DNA of 61,908 nucleotides, the filler included, from Dimargaris cristalligena (Eukaryota), in the NCBI GenBank assembly GCA_003614675.1. It is 29 parts of 29 records of this genome, joined end to end, with 100 filler letters (N's around TTAATTAATTAA, not from the genome) between each part and the next. Parts side by side here need not be neighbours in the genome. Positions count along the whole stretch, not along the records: positions 10,784 to 12,837 come from ML004392.1; positions 12,938 to 14,991 come from ML004393.1; positions 15,092 to 17,141 come from ML004394.1; positions 17,242 to 19,292 come from ML004395.1; positions 19,393 to 21,442 come from ML004396.1; positions 21,543 to 23,592 come from ML004397.1; 23 more parts are not named here. One strand, given 5' to 3'. Under the pieces are notes generated by a model. It made no database searches. It saw only the letters and a list, made by a program, of their open reading frames with translations, and was not told the origin of the DNA. Position 1 is the stretch's first letter. Each line of letters opens with the position of its first letter. Shown one piece after another: positions 12,028-23,692 of this stretch. The translations under genes and the position numbers were made by a program.

Positions 12028-12385
12028 ATGGTCGACTCGGCCTCCATGACCAGCCGCTCGGCCCCCGACATTCCCCAGATTCCCCTATCCTCGCTTACCC
12101 AGCTATCCATCGTCTATGCCCACTCCGTGGCGGCCGCCGGCCAGAAACTGGCCAAGGCCAAGCGGAATAGCGGGGCACCGGGGTCCGTGGGACTGGCCCA
12201 ACTCCGCCGGCTCATTGAAGAAGACAAGATTCAGCGCAACCGCCTGGCTCACATTCACCAAACCACGGCCCAGATAGCCCAGCGGCGAATCACGGAGTGG
12301 TCTCCAGAGACCCTGGCCCTTTGCCTAACCTCCATTGACACCCAGATGGTTGAGCGGATAGACATTGACGACCTGGAGCGACGGC
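12028..12385 (+). CDS. RasGEF-like protein, N-terminal fragment (truncated at a chimeric junction)
   Basis: WSPETLALCLTSIDTQMVERIDIDDL resembles the start of the CDC25-type RasGEF catalytic domain. Divergent from the 5-phosphatase gene. Confidence 0.45.
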
Positions 12386-12386
12386 T

Positions 12387-12837
12387 GGCTGTGGAATTAT
12401 GGGTATGTTCGGCAATAAGGGGGCCGTGGCGGTCCGCTTTGACTACCAAGATTCTACCGTGTGCGTGGTGAACTGTCATTTGGCGGCCAATATGAACCAG
12501 GTCGAACGGCGTAACCAAGACTTTCATGAAATCTGTCGGCGATTGCTCTTTGCTGGCCGGTCTGATCTGCAGGGTGCCTCCTCCGCCATCTCTCCATCGG
12601 CGACCACTCGAACCCTGTCAAGCCCCAGTAACACCCTCCCACGTGGTCTACCGGAGCCCCCCGTGGGACCCCCTGAACTACCTGAAAGAGCGGTGGATGC
12701 CATCGGCCCCCCCGCCCGTGCGTTATCGGCCACCCACTCGGACTTTGCGGCCGCGGGGCTCGCTGTTCGCAAACCTCCTCCCACCCAGCCGGGGGCCCAG
12801 GCGTCCCCCTTGTTTGATCATGACTACCTCATTTGGC
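12387..12837 (+). CDS. Inositol polyphosphate 5-phosphatase, central catalytic segment (inverted relative to its N-terminal exons)
   Basis: GCGIMGMFGNKGAVAVRF, VNCHLAA, RRNQDF and FDHDYLIW are canonical 5-phosphatase motifs. Confidence 0.9.
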
Positions 12838-13754
12838 NNNNNNNNNNNNNNNNNNNNNNNNNNNNNNNNNNNNNNNNNNNNTTAATTAATTAANNNNNNN
12901 NNNNNNNNNNNNNNNNNNNNNNNNNNNNNNNNNNNNNACCTCTTGGAACAGCAAATCTATTATCACCTTTCCCTTTTTATCACCTATCTTTTTGAATAAA
13001 GTTCAGTTTTCAAGGATTTGAGTTCAGTTCTTTACACTTTAGCTACTTTCTTCCCTTACTTCCAGCCTTATTTCCTTTATAACCTTAGTATTCTAATAAT
13101 AATTACACAAGGTGGATTCATTACTATATAATAGAACTAAATTAGACCTTTACTTCAAAATATAGGAAGTCGCTGAGTTATCTTTCATAAACACAGGTCA
13201 GTTGCACAAGTCATAAGAGTAGCTGCTAGTTAGAGTGTAGCTACAGTCAGCATAACATTGATATAAAAGTATCAAATGTACAGCTATAGTACAGTTGTAT
13301 TAGAAAGTAGGGGATACTACACATACTGGTTGATACATGGAGTATTAGTTGATACTGAAGGCCATTTTAGTAGGACTAATACAAAGCTTAAATGGACTAG
13401 AAAATACCATAATTGCCACCCAATGGACTGCACTATCCAGCCCAGTATTAATAGCAGTAGTGGGGCTTTTTCATCAAGCCAGTTCAATAATTTCTATCAA
13501 AACTAACAAAGGGCCTCATCCAAAGACCACATCCTTCATGCAGCCACTATGGTATTATCATAACTTTGGAACAGTCTAGATTTAGATTTATTTCCTTGAC
13601 ATTTCTCTTTATTACATTCTACATCCAAAACATACATATGCTCAACTCCTTATTAATTCATTAAACACAATGGCCAATATAAATAGGGTAGATTCCCACA
13701 TTGAAAAACAATTTTATAAACAAAATTATAAGGTAAACTAAACTAAATGTACCA

Positions 13755-14192
13755 ATTTAACCTGCTCATTGGCAGGCACCACCTTGGTTTGTATTAAACG
13801 GTGGCTGGTTGAATTGGTAAGCCCCTATCTGCATCAGACAGGGGCTTGTCCCATTCTGTTGTCAGGTAATCCCTCCCCAGGACAAAAGGGGGATTACCAA
13901 TAACACCCTTTTGGGGGTGGATAGAATGTTTTATTTCCTGTATTACTACAGGAAGTGACCTGTATACTGGTGGACAGGTCACTGGTTGCTGAAAAAAGGG
14001 CCTAGAAATGGCCATTGGGAGGGGAGAGGAGGAGAGAAGAGGGAGGGTATATTTTTTTAAAAAAATGAATAAAGAAGGGAGAAGGTGGTAGACGTGGTTA
14101 GAAGTTGGGGATGGTTTTATATGTTGAGACATCCAAGTAATTGAAAAATGATGGGGGTAGATTTTGGAAAGGACTTTGGTTTGCTATTTATA
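13755..14192 (-). ncRNA. Candidate structured RNA / micro-ORF unit, copy 1 (7 tandem hairpins)
   Basis: TATAAATA at 14192-14185, a CT-rich leader, an AATGGCCATT palindrome, then hairpins at 13954-13983, 13935-13954 (GTAA loop), 13904-13919, 13865-13898, 13819-13847, 13779-13804 and 13761-13776. A 73-aa ORF spans 14015-13794. Confidence 0.6.
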
Positions 14193-15091
14193 CAGCACTT
14201 AACTAAAGATATCATTAGCCAAGTGTGGGATAGGCTGGCCCTGCTTCTCCCACCAAAGTAAACTACATTTCTAGTTCTATTCTATAGGTTTATCAGGGAC
14301 ACAATCACCTAGTTGCTAATGGGAGTTAGGAAAGGGACGAGGAGTTGTATTCACACCCACCCATTCCCTTTGTTGACGATTCAATTTTGTTGAATGGTAG
14401 TCGACAATAGGCCATTCGGTGTTAAAACTAGTCACTGGGGTATAATTAGACAATGTATCAATACACCAGCCTACTCCCCTACTTATGGTGTGCGACACAA
14501 GAGCATGCCTATAACCGGGGCTTGCTGACTGGCGGTTTTTTTATAATACTTGCTAATTGTGATGAATATTCCGTGAAGCACCCTACAATGCCAGACCTAT
14601 TTTCACACAAAGATAATCATCCCGGTGAATAGCATTAGGCCCCATATTGGAAAAGGCCGCGTACCTTATTTAGGAAGATTCATCCCCGTCAGTCACTACA
14701 ATGTAATGGCTATGGATCCTGTTGCACTTTACTCGACTAACTGATCCGCCGATTAAATGGCCACAGTCTAGCTATAACATGGACAATTCCCAATGCCGTG
14801 CTTCTAATAGGAAGAGCGAAGCCTTCCGGCCTTCAGTAATGTATTCTAGTCGTAGAAGGACCGGGAATTGCTGATAGGCACCCTAGTGCAATTATGGTAG
14901 ATTGATTTACAATTATTATTTTTTAGATTTTGGCACCCGTGGTAGTTGGGGTAGGGTGTGATGAACCAGAATAGTGCACGGCCCAGTAACTNNNNNNNNN
15001 NNNNNNNNNNNNNNNNNNNNNNNNNNNNNNNNNNNTTAATTAATTAANNNNNNNNNNNNNNNNNNNNNNNNNNNNNNNNNNNNNNNNNNNN

Positions 15092-17141
15092 GACTCATTC
15101 ATTAACATCATTTAAATGAGTTCAGAATACCCCTGTGTGATCTAAGAGAATCTCGGACCAGTAGTGAAGGTGGGTAGAGTAGACCTTCAAGTGTTAACTG
15201 TTGGGCCAGTGTTTTGAGGCCCCTCCCTTTCAGGGCTAAGGCTGGGGTTAGACCCATTGTTCTCCCCGGGATTGGCAGGGTCACTGGATGTCAGGTTTGG
15301 AGGGCTCAAGGCACTTGGGCGAATCATGGAGAACCTAGGAAATGGTCCCTCAGCTATTCGGGTTGGGTCATAACTGTGCTCAGAGGTTGAACTGGGATAT
15401 GGTGCAAAATGTTCAAAGAGAAGCAGTCCTAAACTCCTGTCATCGGAGTTGGGCACTGGAGGAGCCACGGTGGCTACATGCTAAAAAAAAATAAGATAAT
15501 GAAATTAAGAAAACAAAAAATTGACTTCCGGTTGAAGTGCTTGACTGATGCTGCGTAAAATACTGAGTGAAGTTAAAGTAGATATTTATTCTGAATAATA
15601 AAAACTTATCTCAAAGATAACTTGCCATTTTAAGGGCCGACTGGAGAGACTATATATATGCAAAATAATACTATGAATTTGGAACTATACTACTACTTCA
15701 GGACATTGTCCTCGGATGGACAGACAACTATAAAACCACAAAGGGAAAAACTAGTTGGGTCTTCAAGTTTGAACACTGTGGAAAATTGGAAGAAAAAGAT
15801 AAGTGGAAAAATAATGGAAAATGGATTCGCCTTGGATCTGTCAGGGCATTCCTTGAATGAAAACAAGAATATGAGTAAATGGAAGATAAAGTTGCCTCAG
15901 ATCCATCAGGGCATTTCTTCAATGTAGTTTATGGAAGACTTTGACATCACTCCCTCATCCCCATGTGAGTGTTGTTCACTGCAAAGGCATAACTACGTAT
16001 CTGGAGTGTGTGGCATCATGGGGTGGAGTATAATGACCAATTGGTCTCACAGAGAAGGAAAATCATCCTGACCCTGGCAGTACATTAACCAGGAAGACTG
16101 GTATATGATTCCCATAATAAATGTATACCCAATTGGGTGGCAATAAAGGTAATTGGGCTGGTTTTAATAGGGTAAGTTAATCTGCAGCCAGAGGTTAATA
16201 TCAATATTACCAATAAATTTTAGTTTTAAAAAATTATATGCAGCTATTAGTCATTGGTGAAAGGTATCTGTGTTGCTGTTAGATTAGAGGATAAAAGGAG
16301 TGGTTTTATTAGAGATATATAGTGTGTTGCCAACCATTTAAGGGGCTCTGCTGGTTTGTCTTTGGGAGTGTCAGCAGGAGGGGGAACCTCTGGTTTCTTT
16401 CCACTGGATGGGTCACCATATTTCATCATATAGTGTGGAGGGTTAGACTTTGCTGGATTTGAGGGGGGTCAAGACCAAGGTGGCCTTGGGGAAGTCACCA
16501 CTGAATTTCTGGTCATCCATCACATTATATGTCATTGTCTTGCATTGACGGTTGATAAGAAAAATAAAATAACCTAAATAGGTTATAATCAAACAGTATA
16601 ACCAATTCAGTACTCAGAGATACCACAACTTTGAACTAAGTTAATGAAAGTGAACAAATAGGAGTAGTAGCAATAAAATAATCAATAATGGAACTGGGTA
16701 AAAGGTTAATTGTTAATATCATATGGTGAAGTTAAAACAGATATTTATTTATTTATCTTGAAACTAACTTGTCCCTTCAACTGAGGGGATGCTGCTAAGG
16801 TATATATAAGAAATTGACCAGACTAAATAACTATAGCTAAGAATAAAACTGCAATAATTGTAGGTCATAAAAAACCTGCAATAGGAAAAAATTGACCTAC
16901 TGGCTAAACTATGGGCATGAATATGTTAAATGGAAGTAAAAAGGTAGAAATTGGAAGGTTGGAAGACACAGTCTTCCCAGTCCTCCTTCATGTCAGATAT
17001 TAATAAAATTAATAAAAAGACTTCATACTAAGTAGTTGTATGGTGTAATTCCAAGAAGGAATCCACTGGAGGCTAGTTATTCCTAAGCCCCACTCATAAA
17101 GGATCATCAATAGTATAAAAGTAGTGATATGAAGTGGTCAA
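15092..17141 (-). repeat. Multicopy 2-kb segment with two tandem TATA-led units (copy 1)
   Basis: Reverse complement of 19393-21435 and 23693-25741. A diverged copy lies at 44205-44922. Confidence 0.95.
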
Positions 17142-17588
17142 NNNNNNNNNNNNNNNNNNNNNNNNNNNNNNNNNNNNNNNNNNNNTTAATTAATTAANNN
17201 NNNNNNNNNNNNNNNNNNNNNNNNNNNNNNNNNNNNNNNNNGAAAAATGGATTAAAAATAAAAGTAGGTAAAAAATGTGGTAAGTTCACCACAGTGTTAT
17301 TATGAGATAATAGGGCACAATATTCATGTATCTACACCATTATTAATTATACAATGGTACTTAGTTACTATTCTCCTTTTAGTTTCTATTCTTATTGAAT
17401 AAGTTCCAGTTGAAATGTCTCACAGTACTGTATATACTATAATCATATATGGGTACTACCATGGGCAGTTAGTGGAGCCATTAGTGGATGTAATTCTATA
17501 GTTACTTGATTATTTTGATGATAGGGTTTTATTGAGACATTATATTTATAAATCTAATTACTATATAATTGAAATATAAATTTACTAA

Positions 17589-18151
17589 TATCACATAGGT
17601 TAACTACTCTTAATCTATCAAGAGTCCTGGGTATGGGCATCCAATGGTAGGTGGGCTTAGACTTGGCTAAGTAGGTACTAATATTAGGTATAGGCATAAT
17701 ACTAATTAATGAAAGCTACAGCAGGTATATGTAATAGACCTACAGTCAGTACAAGGGGGAGTGAGTATATATAGAGTTTATTGGGGGCACACTAGGGGTA
17801 GGAATAAGCTAAGGATTTTAACCAGTCCCACTGGGGCCCAGTTATATATATATGGGGATAACTCCAGGGGGAGGTCCTAAGGGAAGGATATTACTAAGAC
17901 TAAGGTATAGATAAATGGGCTAATCAAGTGGTTACAGGTATCTGGAAGACTGAGGGTAACCAGAAGAGTCTTTGGATCAGTACTAGAGTAATTAGTGTGA
18001 ATAAGCAGAGTCTAGAAGGGGAAGGGTTATAGAGTATAGGGTGATCCCATAGTACTAGGGGTAACTATGGGAAGGTCAATATAGCACTATAAGGCCTAAT
18101 ATAGTCAGTCTATTATTATGTCCAGATTAATCCAGATTAGAAGGGTCAACA
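17589..18151 (-). mobile_element. Solo LTR family A
   Basis: Full-length degenerate copy, TATCACATAGGTTAAC...GGGTCAACA. Confidence 0.75.
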
Positions 18152-18480
18152 TCACCCTCTTCTACTGGAGCCTCATCTGCAAGGCCTTTGACAAACAGAA
18201 TAATCTGGTTACTGGAGACTCATTCTTGTGGGCAGCATTTGTCATGTACTACAGGGGTAATGGTATAAGTGTTACCACCGTGGATGCCTTCTATAGAGAC
18301 AGGACCTTCAAATAGGGTCTGCAAGGACAGGGGCCCATGTGGGACTCACACTAAGATGTTATTGCCAATATGGTATTGCATGGGGTTGGTAGGCTTGGGA
18401 CCTGGCTTGTGGCAGATATGCTAGTAGGCTTCACTGAGTCTGTTGCATAGCTTATTGACATAGGCAGAGCCAGTGGAAGC

Positions 18481-19140
18481 TCACAGGGTGTTGGGTTTGG
18501 GGTTTAGGGTAACATCAATGGGCATGTGTGGGTCATGGCCATACATCAAGAAGAAGGGTTTATTGGCAATTATGTGAATGTGGGCCATGCAATAGGCAAA
18601 CAGGTGGAGGGTGAGGTGTTGATCCCATTGGGGGCTATCACCAGAGGAATGTTTAGTGATCATGTGCTTGAGGGTACCATTGAGGTATTCCACAGCTCCA
18701 TTACTCTGGGGGTGGTAGGGGATGACTATTCAGTGGTCTACCCCTAGGAGTTGCAGGGTTTTCCAGAGGATACTAGCAGTAAACTGTTTGCCATGGTTGG
18801 AGATGAGGATCTAGGGACAACTATGTATGCTGATGATATCTTCTATGAGGAATTGGATAACAGCTTGGGCAGTGATATAGGGCACAGTGCATGCAAAAAG
18901 CCAATGAGTAAAGTAGTTGACAACTACAATGATAAACTTGTTGCTATTCTTGGTCATGTTGAAGGGGCCAATGATGTTAATCCCAAGGTGGTCCAAGGGG
19001 CTAGTGAGGGGGGTAACAAGCTGGGCCAGGGGCTGAGGGGCCTGTTAGTAGCATTGGCAGGTTTCACAGCTACAGATGAACTCCTTGATGTTCTTGTCCT
19101 TCCCTCCCTTATGCTGATGATGTGGCCCTGTATGGATCAG
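18481..19140 (-). pseudogene. Degenerate Ty3/Gypsy integrase
   Basis: Broken frames: LGINIIGPF...NKFIIVVVNYFTHW and EYLNGTLK...WDQHL...PFFLMYG. Heavy CpG loss. Confidence 0.8.
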
Positions 19141-19149
19141 TAGCAGCTG

Positions 19150-19239
19150 TGTCGCCTGAGTTAACCACTCTTAGTCTGTCAAGAGTCTCGGGGATAGGCT
19201 TCTAACAGTAGGCGGGGCGTTGGACACGGCCAAGCGGGC
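19150..19239 (-). mobile_element. Young (CpG-retaining) LTR-A end, interrupted by LTR-B
   Basis: TGTCGCCTGAGTTAACC...GGCGGGGCG, closely matching the reverse complement of 59891-59959. Confidence 0.8.
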
Positions 19240-19392
19240 TGTAAAGAACTGAAATCAAATCCTTGAAAACTGAACTTTATTTGAAAAGATAGNNNNNNNN
19301 NNNNNNNNNNNNNNNNNNNNNNNNNNNNNNNNNNNNTTAATTAATTAANNNNNNNNNNNNNNNNNNNNNNNNNNNNNNNNNNNNNNNNNNNN

Positions 19393-21435
19393 TTGACCAC
19401 TTCATATCACTACTTTTATACTATTGACAATCCTTTATGAGTGGGGCTTAGGAATAACTAGCCTCTGGTGGATTCCTTCTTGGAATTATACTATACAACT
19501 ACTTAGCATGAACTCTTTTTATTAGTTTTATCAATATCCGACATGAAGGAGGACTGGGAAGACTGCATCTTCCAACCTTCCAATTTCTACATTTTACTTC
19601 CATTTAACATATTCATGACCATAGTTTAGCCAGTAGGTCAATTTTTTTCCTATTACAGGTTTTTTATGACCTACAATTATTGCAGTTTTATTCTTAGCTA
19701 TAGTTATTTAGTCTGGTCAATTTCTTATATATACCTTAGCAGCATCCCCTCAGTTGAAGGGACAAGTTAGTTTCAAGATAAATAAATAAATATCTGTTTT
19801 AACTTCACCATATGATATTAACAATTAACCTTTTACCCAGTTCCATTATTGATTATTTTATTGCTACTACTCCTATTTGTTCACTTTCATTAACTTAGTT
19901 CAAAGTTGTGGTATCTCTGAGTACTGAATTGGTTATACTGTTTGATTATAACCTATTTAGGTTATTTTATTTTTCTTATCAACCGTCAATGCAAGACAAT
20001 GACATATAATGTGATGGATGACCAGAAATTCAGTGGTGACTTCCCCAAGGCCACCTTGGTCTTGACCCCCCTCAAATCCAGCAAAGTCTAACCCTCCACA
20101 CTATATGATGAAATATGGTGACCCATCCAGTGGAAAGAAACCAGAGGTTCCCCCTCCTGCTGACACTCCCAAAGACAAACCAGCAGAGCCCCTTAAATGG
20201 TTGGCAACACACTATATATCTCTAATAAAACCACTCCTTTTATCCTCTAATCTAACAGCAACACAGATACCTTTCACCAATGACTAATAGCTGCATATAA
20301 TTTTTTAAAACTAAAATTTATTGGTAATATTGATATTAACCTCTGGCTGCAGATTAACTTACCCTATTAAAACCAGCCCAATTACCTTTATTGCCACCCA
20401 ATTGGGTATACATTTATTATGGGAATCATATACCAGTCTTCCTGGTTAATGTACTGCCAGGGTCAGGATGATTTTCCTTCTCTGTGAGACCAATTGGTCA
20501 TTATACTCCACCCCATGATGCCACACACTCCAGATACGTAGTTATGCCTTTGCAGTGAACAACACTCACATGGGGATGAGGGAGTGATGTCAAAGTCTTC
20601 CATAAACTACATTGAAGAAATGCCCTGATGGATCTGAGGCAACTTTATCTTCCATTTACTCATATTCTTGTTTTCATTCAAGGAATGCCCTGACAGATCC
20701 AAGGCGAATCCATTTTCCATTATTTTTCCACTTATCTTTTTCTTCCAATTTTCCACAGTGTTCAAACTTGAAGACCCAACTAGTTTTTCCCTTTGTGGTT
20801 TTATAGTTGTCTGTCCATCCGAGGACAATGTCCTGAAGTAGTAGTATAGTTCCAAATTCATAGTATTATTTTGCATATATATAGTCTCTCCAGTCGGCCC
20901 TTAAAATGGCAAGTTATCTTTGAGATAAGTTTTTATTATTCAGAATAAATATCTACTTTAACTTCACTCAGTATTTTACGCAGCATCAGTCAAGCACTTC
21001 AACCGGAAGTCAATTTTTTGTTTTCTTAATTTCATTATCTTATTTTTTTTTAGCATGTAGCCACCGTGGCTCCTCCAGTGCCCAACTCCGATGACAGGAG
21101 TTTAGGACTGCTTCTCTTTGAACATTTTGCACCATATCCCAGTTCAACCTCTGAGCACAGTTATGACCCAACCCGAATAGCTGAGGGACCATTTCCTAGG
21201 TTCTCCATGATTCGCCCAAGTGCCTTGAGCCCTCCAAACCTGACATCCAGTGACCCTGCCAATCCCGGGGAGAACAATGGGTCTAACCCCAGCCTTAGCC
21301 CTGAAAGGGAGGGGCCTCAAAACACTGGCCCAACAGTTAACACTTGAAGGTCTACTCTACCCACCTTCACTACTGGTCCGAGATTCTCTTAGATCACACA
21401 GGGGTATTCTGAACTCATTTAAATGATGTTAATGA
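19393..21435 (+). repeat. Multicopy 2-kb segment (copy 2)
   Basis: Matches 23693 onward at the left end and the reverse complement of contig 15092-17141 from ~19730 onward. TATA-like sites at ~19726 and ~20876. Confidence 0.95.
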
Positions 21436-22011
21436 AAACTACNNNNNNNNNNNNNNNNNNNNNNNNNNNNNNNNNNNNNNNNNNNNTTAATTAATTAANN
21501 NNNNNNNNNNNNNNNNNNNNNNNNNNNNNNNNNNNNNNNNNNTACTGGTTGAAAATACACATACATCCTATTTTCCCGTACATATATCATTTAAAACCTT
21601 ATACAGCTGGGCTGAATTTCACCCATTTGGAATCTGATCAGCTGAGCAAGAGGCACTCTAACAGTAAATGTATTATGAAAATAAATTTATGCCAGCCTGT
21701 CACTGGCCAATTAATAAAATATATGAGGATTGCTTGTTCTGAGTTGGTTGAATCTATTTATATTGAATAGTTTATAAAATTGGATATGTCCCTAATATTA
21801 TATCAATATCTGCACAGTTTACCTAAGAACACATCATCAATATATTACTCAAACATCACTTACCAATCAGGGACATAGATGTATTAATTTCTACTTATTA
21901 TCATTAAGTCCACCATAAAAATATCTGTATGACAATACTATATTATTTAGAAGTTTAGCAATATAAATCCAACATCATTTATGCTGGATGTGTAATGCCA
22001 CCCAGTGGTAC

Positions 22012-22594
22012 TATCACCTAGGTTACCACTCTTAGTCCATCAAGAGTCCCGGGGATAGGCTTCTAATGGTAGGCAGGGCTTAGACTCAGCCAAGCAGGCT
22101 ACTAGCATCAGGTATGGGACACAGTACTAACCAATAAAGGCTTAGGCAATTAGTTATGCAAGGGACATGCAGCGGGCACATTCAATGGTCAGTATAAAGG
22201 GGTGAGTGTATATGAAGTTTATTAAAGTAAACTAGGGGGTAAGAATAAGCTAAGGAATTGAACTGGTCCCAATGGGGGCTGATTATACATACATGGGGGA
22301 TGACTCCAAAGGGAGGTCCCCAGGGGAAGGTACTATTAAGACTAATGGTATGATGAATATACTGGCCAGATGGCCGTGAGGAGTTGGAAGACTCTATTGG
22401 GAACTGGAAGAGTTGTTAGATCAGTACAGGAGTGATTATTGTAAACTACGGAGTCCAATAGGGGAATAGTTATATAATATAGGATGATCCCATAGTACTG
22501 GGGGTGACCATGGGAAGATTAATGTGGCACTATAAGGCCTAATAAGGGTGGATGATTATTATGTCCAGATTAAGTTGGATTAGGGGGGCCATCA
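22012..22594 (-). mobile_element. Solo LTR family A
   Basis: Full-length copy, TATCACCTAGGTTACC...GGGGCCATCA. Confidence 0.75.
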
Positions 22595-22599
22595 GTGAA

Positions 22600-23429
22600 T
22601 AACATCCATTGAAAAATCCTTACTCATTGATAGTTTGATCAGTGGTTTTGTGATGTCTGCAAAATTCCAGATAAATTACTGGTAAAATCCAGTAAGCCCC
22701 AGAAAACCTCTAACCTTGTCTGGGGACTTAAACTCCAGCCAATTGGTAATTGCCTCTGCCTTTGATTTTGTTGCCTCAAAACCATCAGCTAATACAATAA
22801 AACCAAGATACTTGACCCTGTCCTGTGCCCAGAGGCACTTGGACCTTTTAAGGAATAGTCCAAATTGGCAAAAGCAAAAAGAAACCATTCTAATATGTTC
22901 AGCATGCTCCACCAGAGATTTAGAAAATATACTAATATCATCTATATAGATAACACATATTTTACCAATATATCCCAATAATACCTTAGACATAAAATGG
23001 GTAAAAGAGGCCACTGCATTATAAAGTCCAAAAGGCATTACTCTCCAGATGAACAACCCCATGTGGGTTTAAAAACACATTTTCCACTAGTTATCTATCA
23101 CTAGTGGAATTTGATGGTATCTGGCAGCCATATCCAATGTCAAAAAAATTATAAAACCATGAAAAACTTCCATCACCTGGTCAATATTACAGAGAGGAAC
23201 TTTATCCTTTACTGTAGCATTATTTAGGTTCTGGTAGTCACAGTATACACAGACTGACCCATCCTTCTTTATTACCTGGACTGTGTTACAGACCCAGGGA
23301 TTTGGACCCTTTGCCAGTATAATTTGGCCTGCCTCCAGTAGTGATTTGACCCCATGTGCATTGACCTGCCACTATTTGATGGACTTTTGGAATAGACCTT
23401 GGTATTTAGGTTTGATCCCCAGTAGTAGC
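22600..23429 (-). pseudogene. Degenerate Ty3/Gypsy reverse transcriptase
   Basis: VMPFGLYNA, YIDD, VKYLGF, FLGLTGFY, with stops or frameshifts upstream. Confidence 0.85.
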
Positions 23430-23692
23430 TGTAAAGAACTGAACTCAAATCCTTGAAAACTGAAATTTATTTAAAAAGATAGGTGATAAAAGAGAAAGGT
23501 GATGATAGATGTACTGTTCCAAGAGGTGGCAGCAAGTGGGAGTATTTATACTTGAAAGAGGAAGCCTAAATGAAAAGATAGATGGATAATAGNNNNNNNN
23601 NNNNNNNNNNNNNNNNNNNNNNNNNNNNNNNNNNNNTTAATTAATTAANNNNNNNNNNNNNNNNNNNNNNNNNNNNNNNNNNNNNNNNNNNN

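Noticed and set aside
12028-12837. Novel RasGEF / 5-phosphatase fusion gene
   Set aside because: The two parts are in different frames and the N-terminal phosphatase exons lie inverted in the same contig, so a chimera is more likely.
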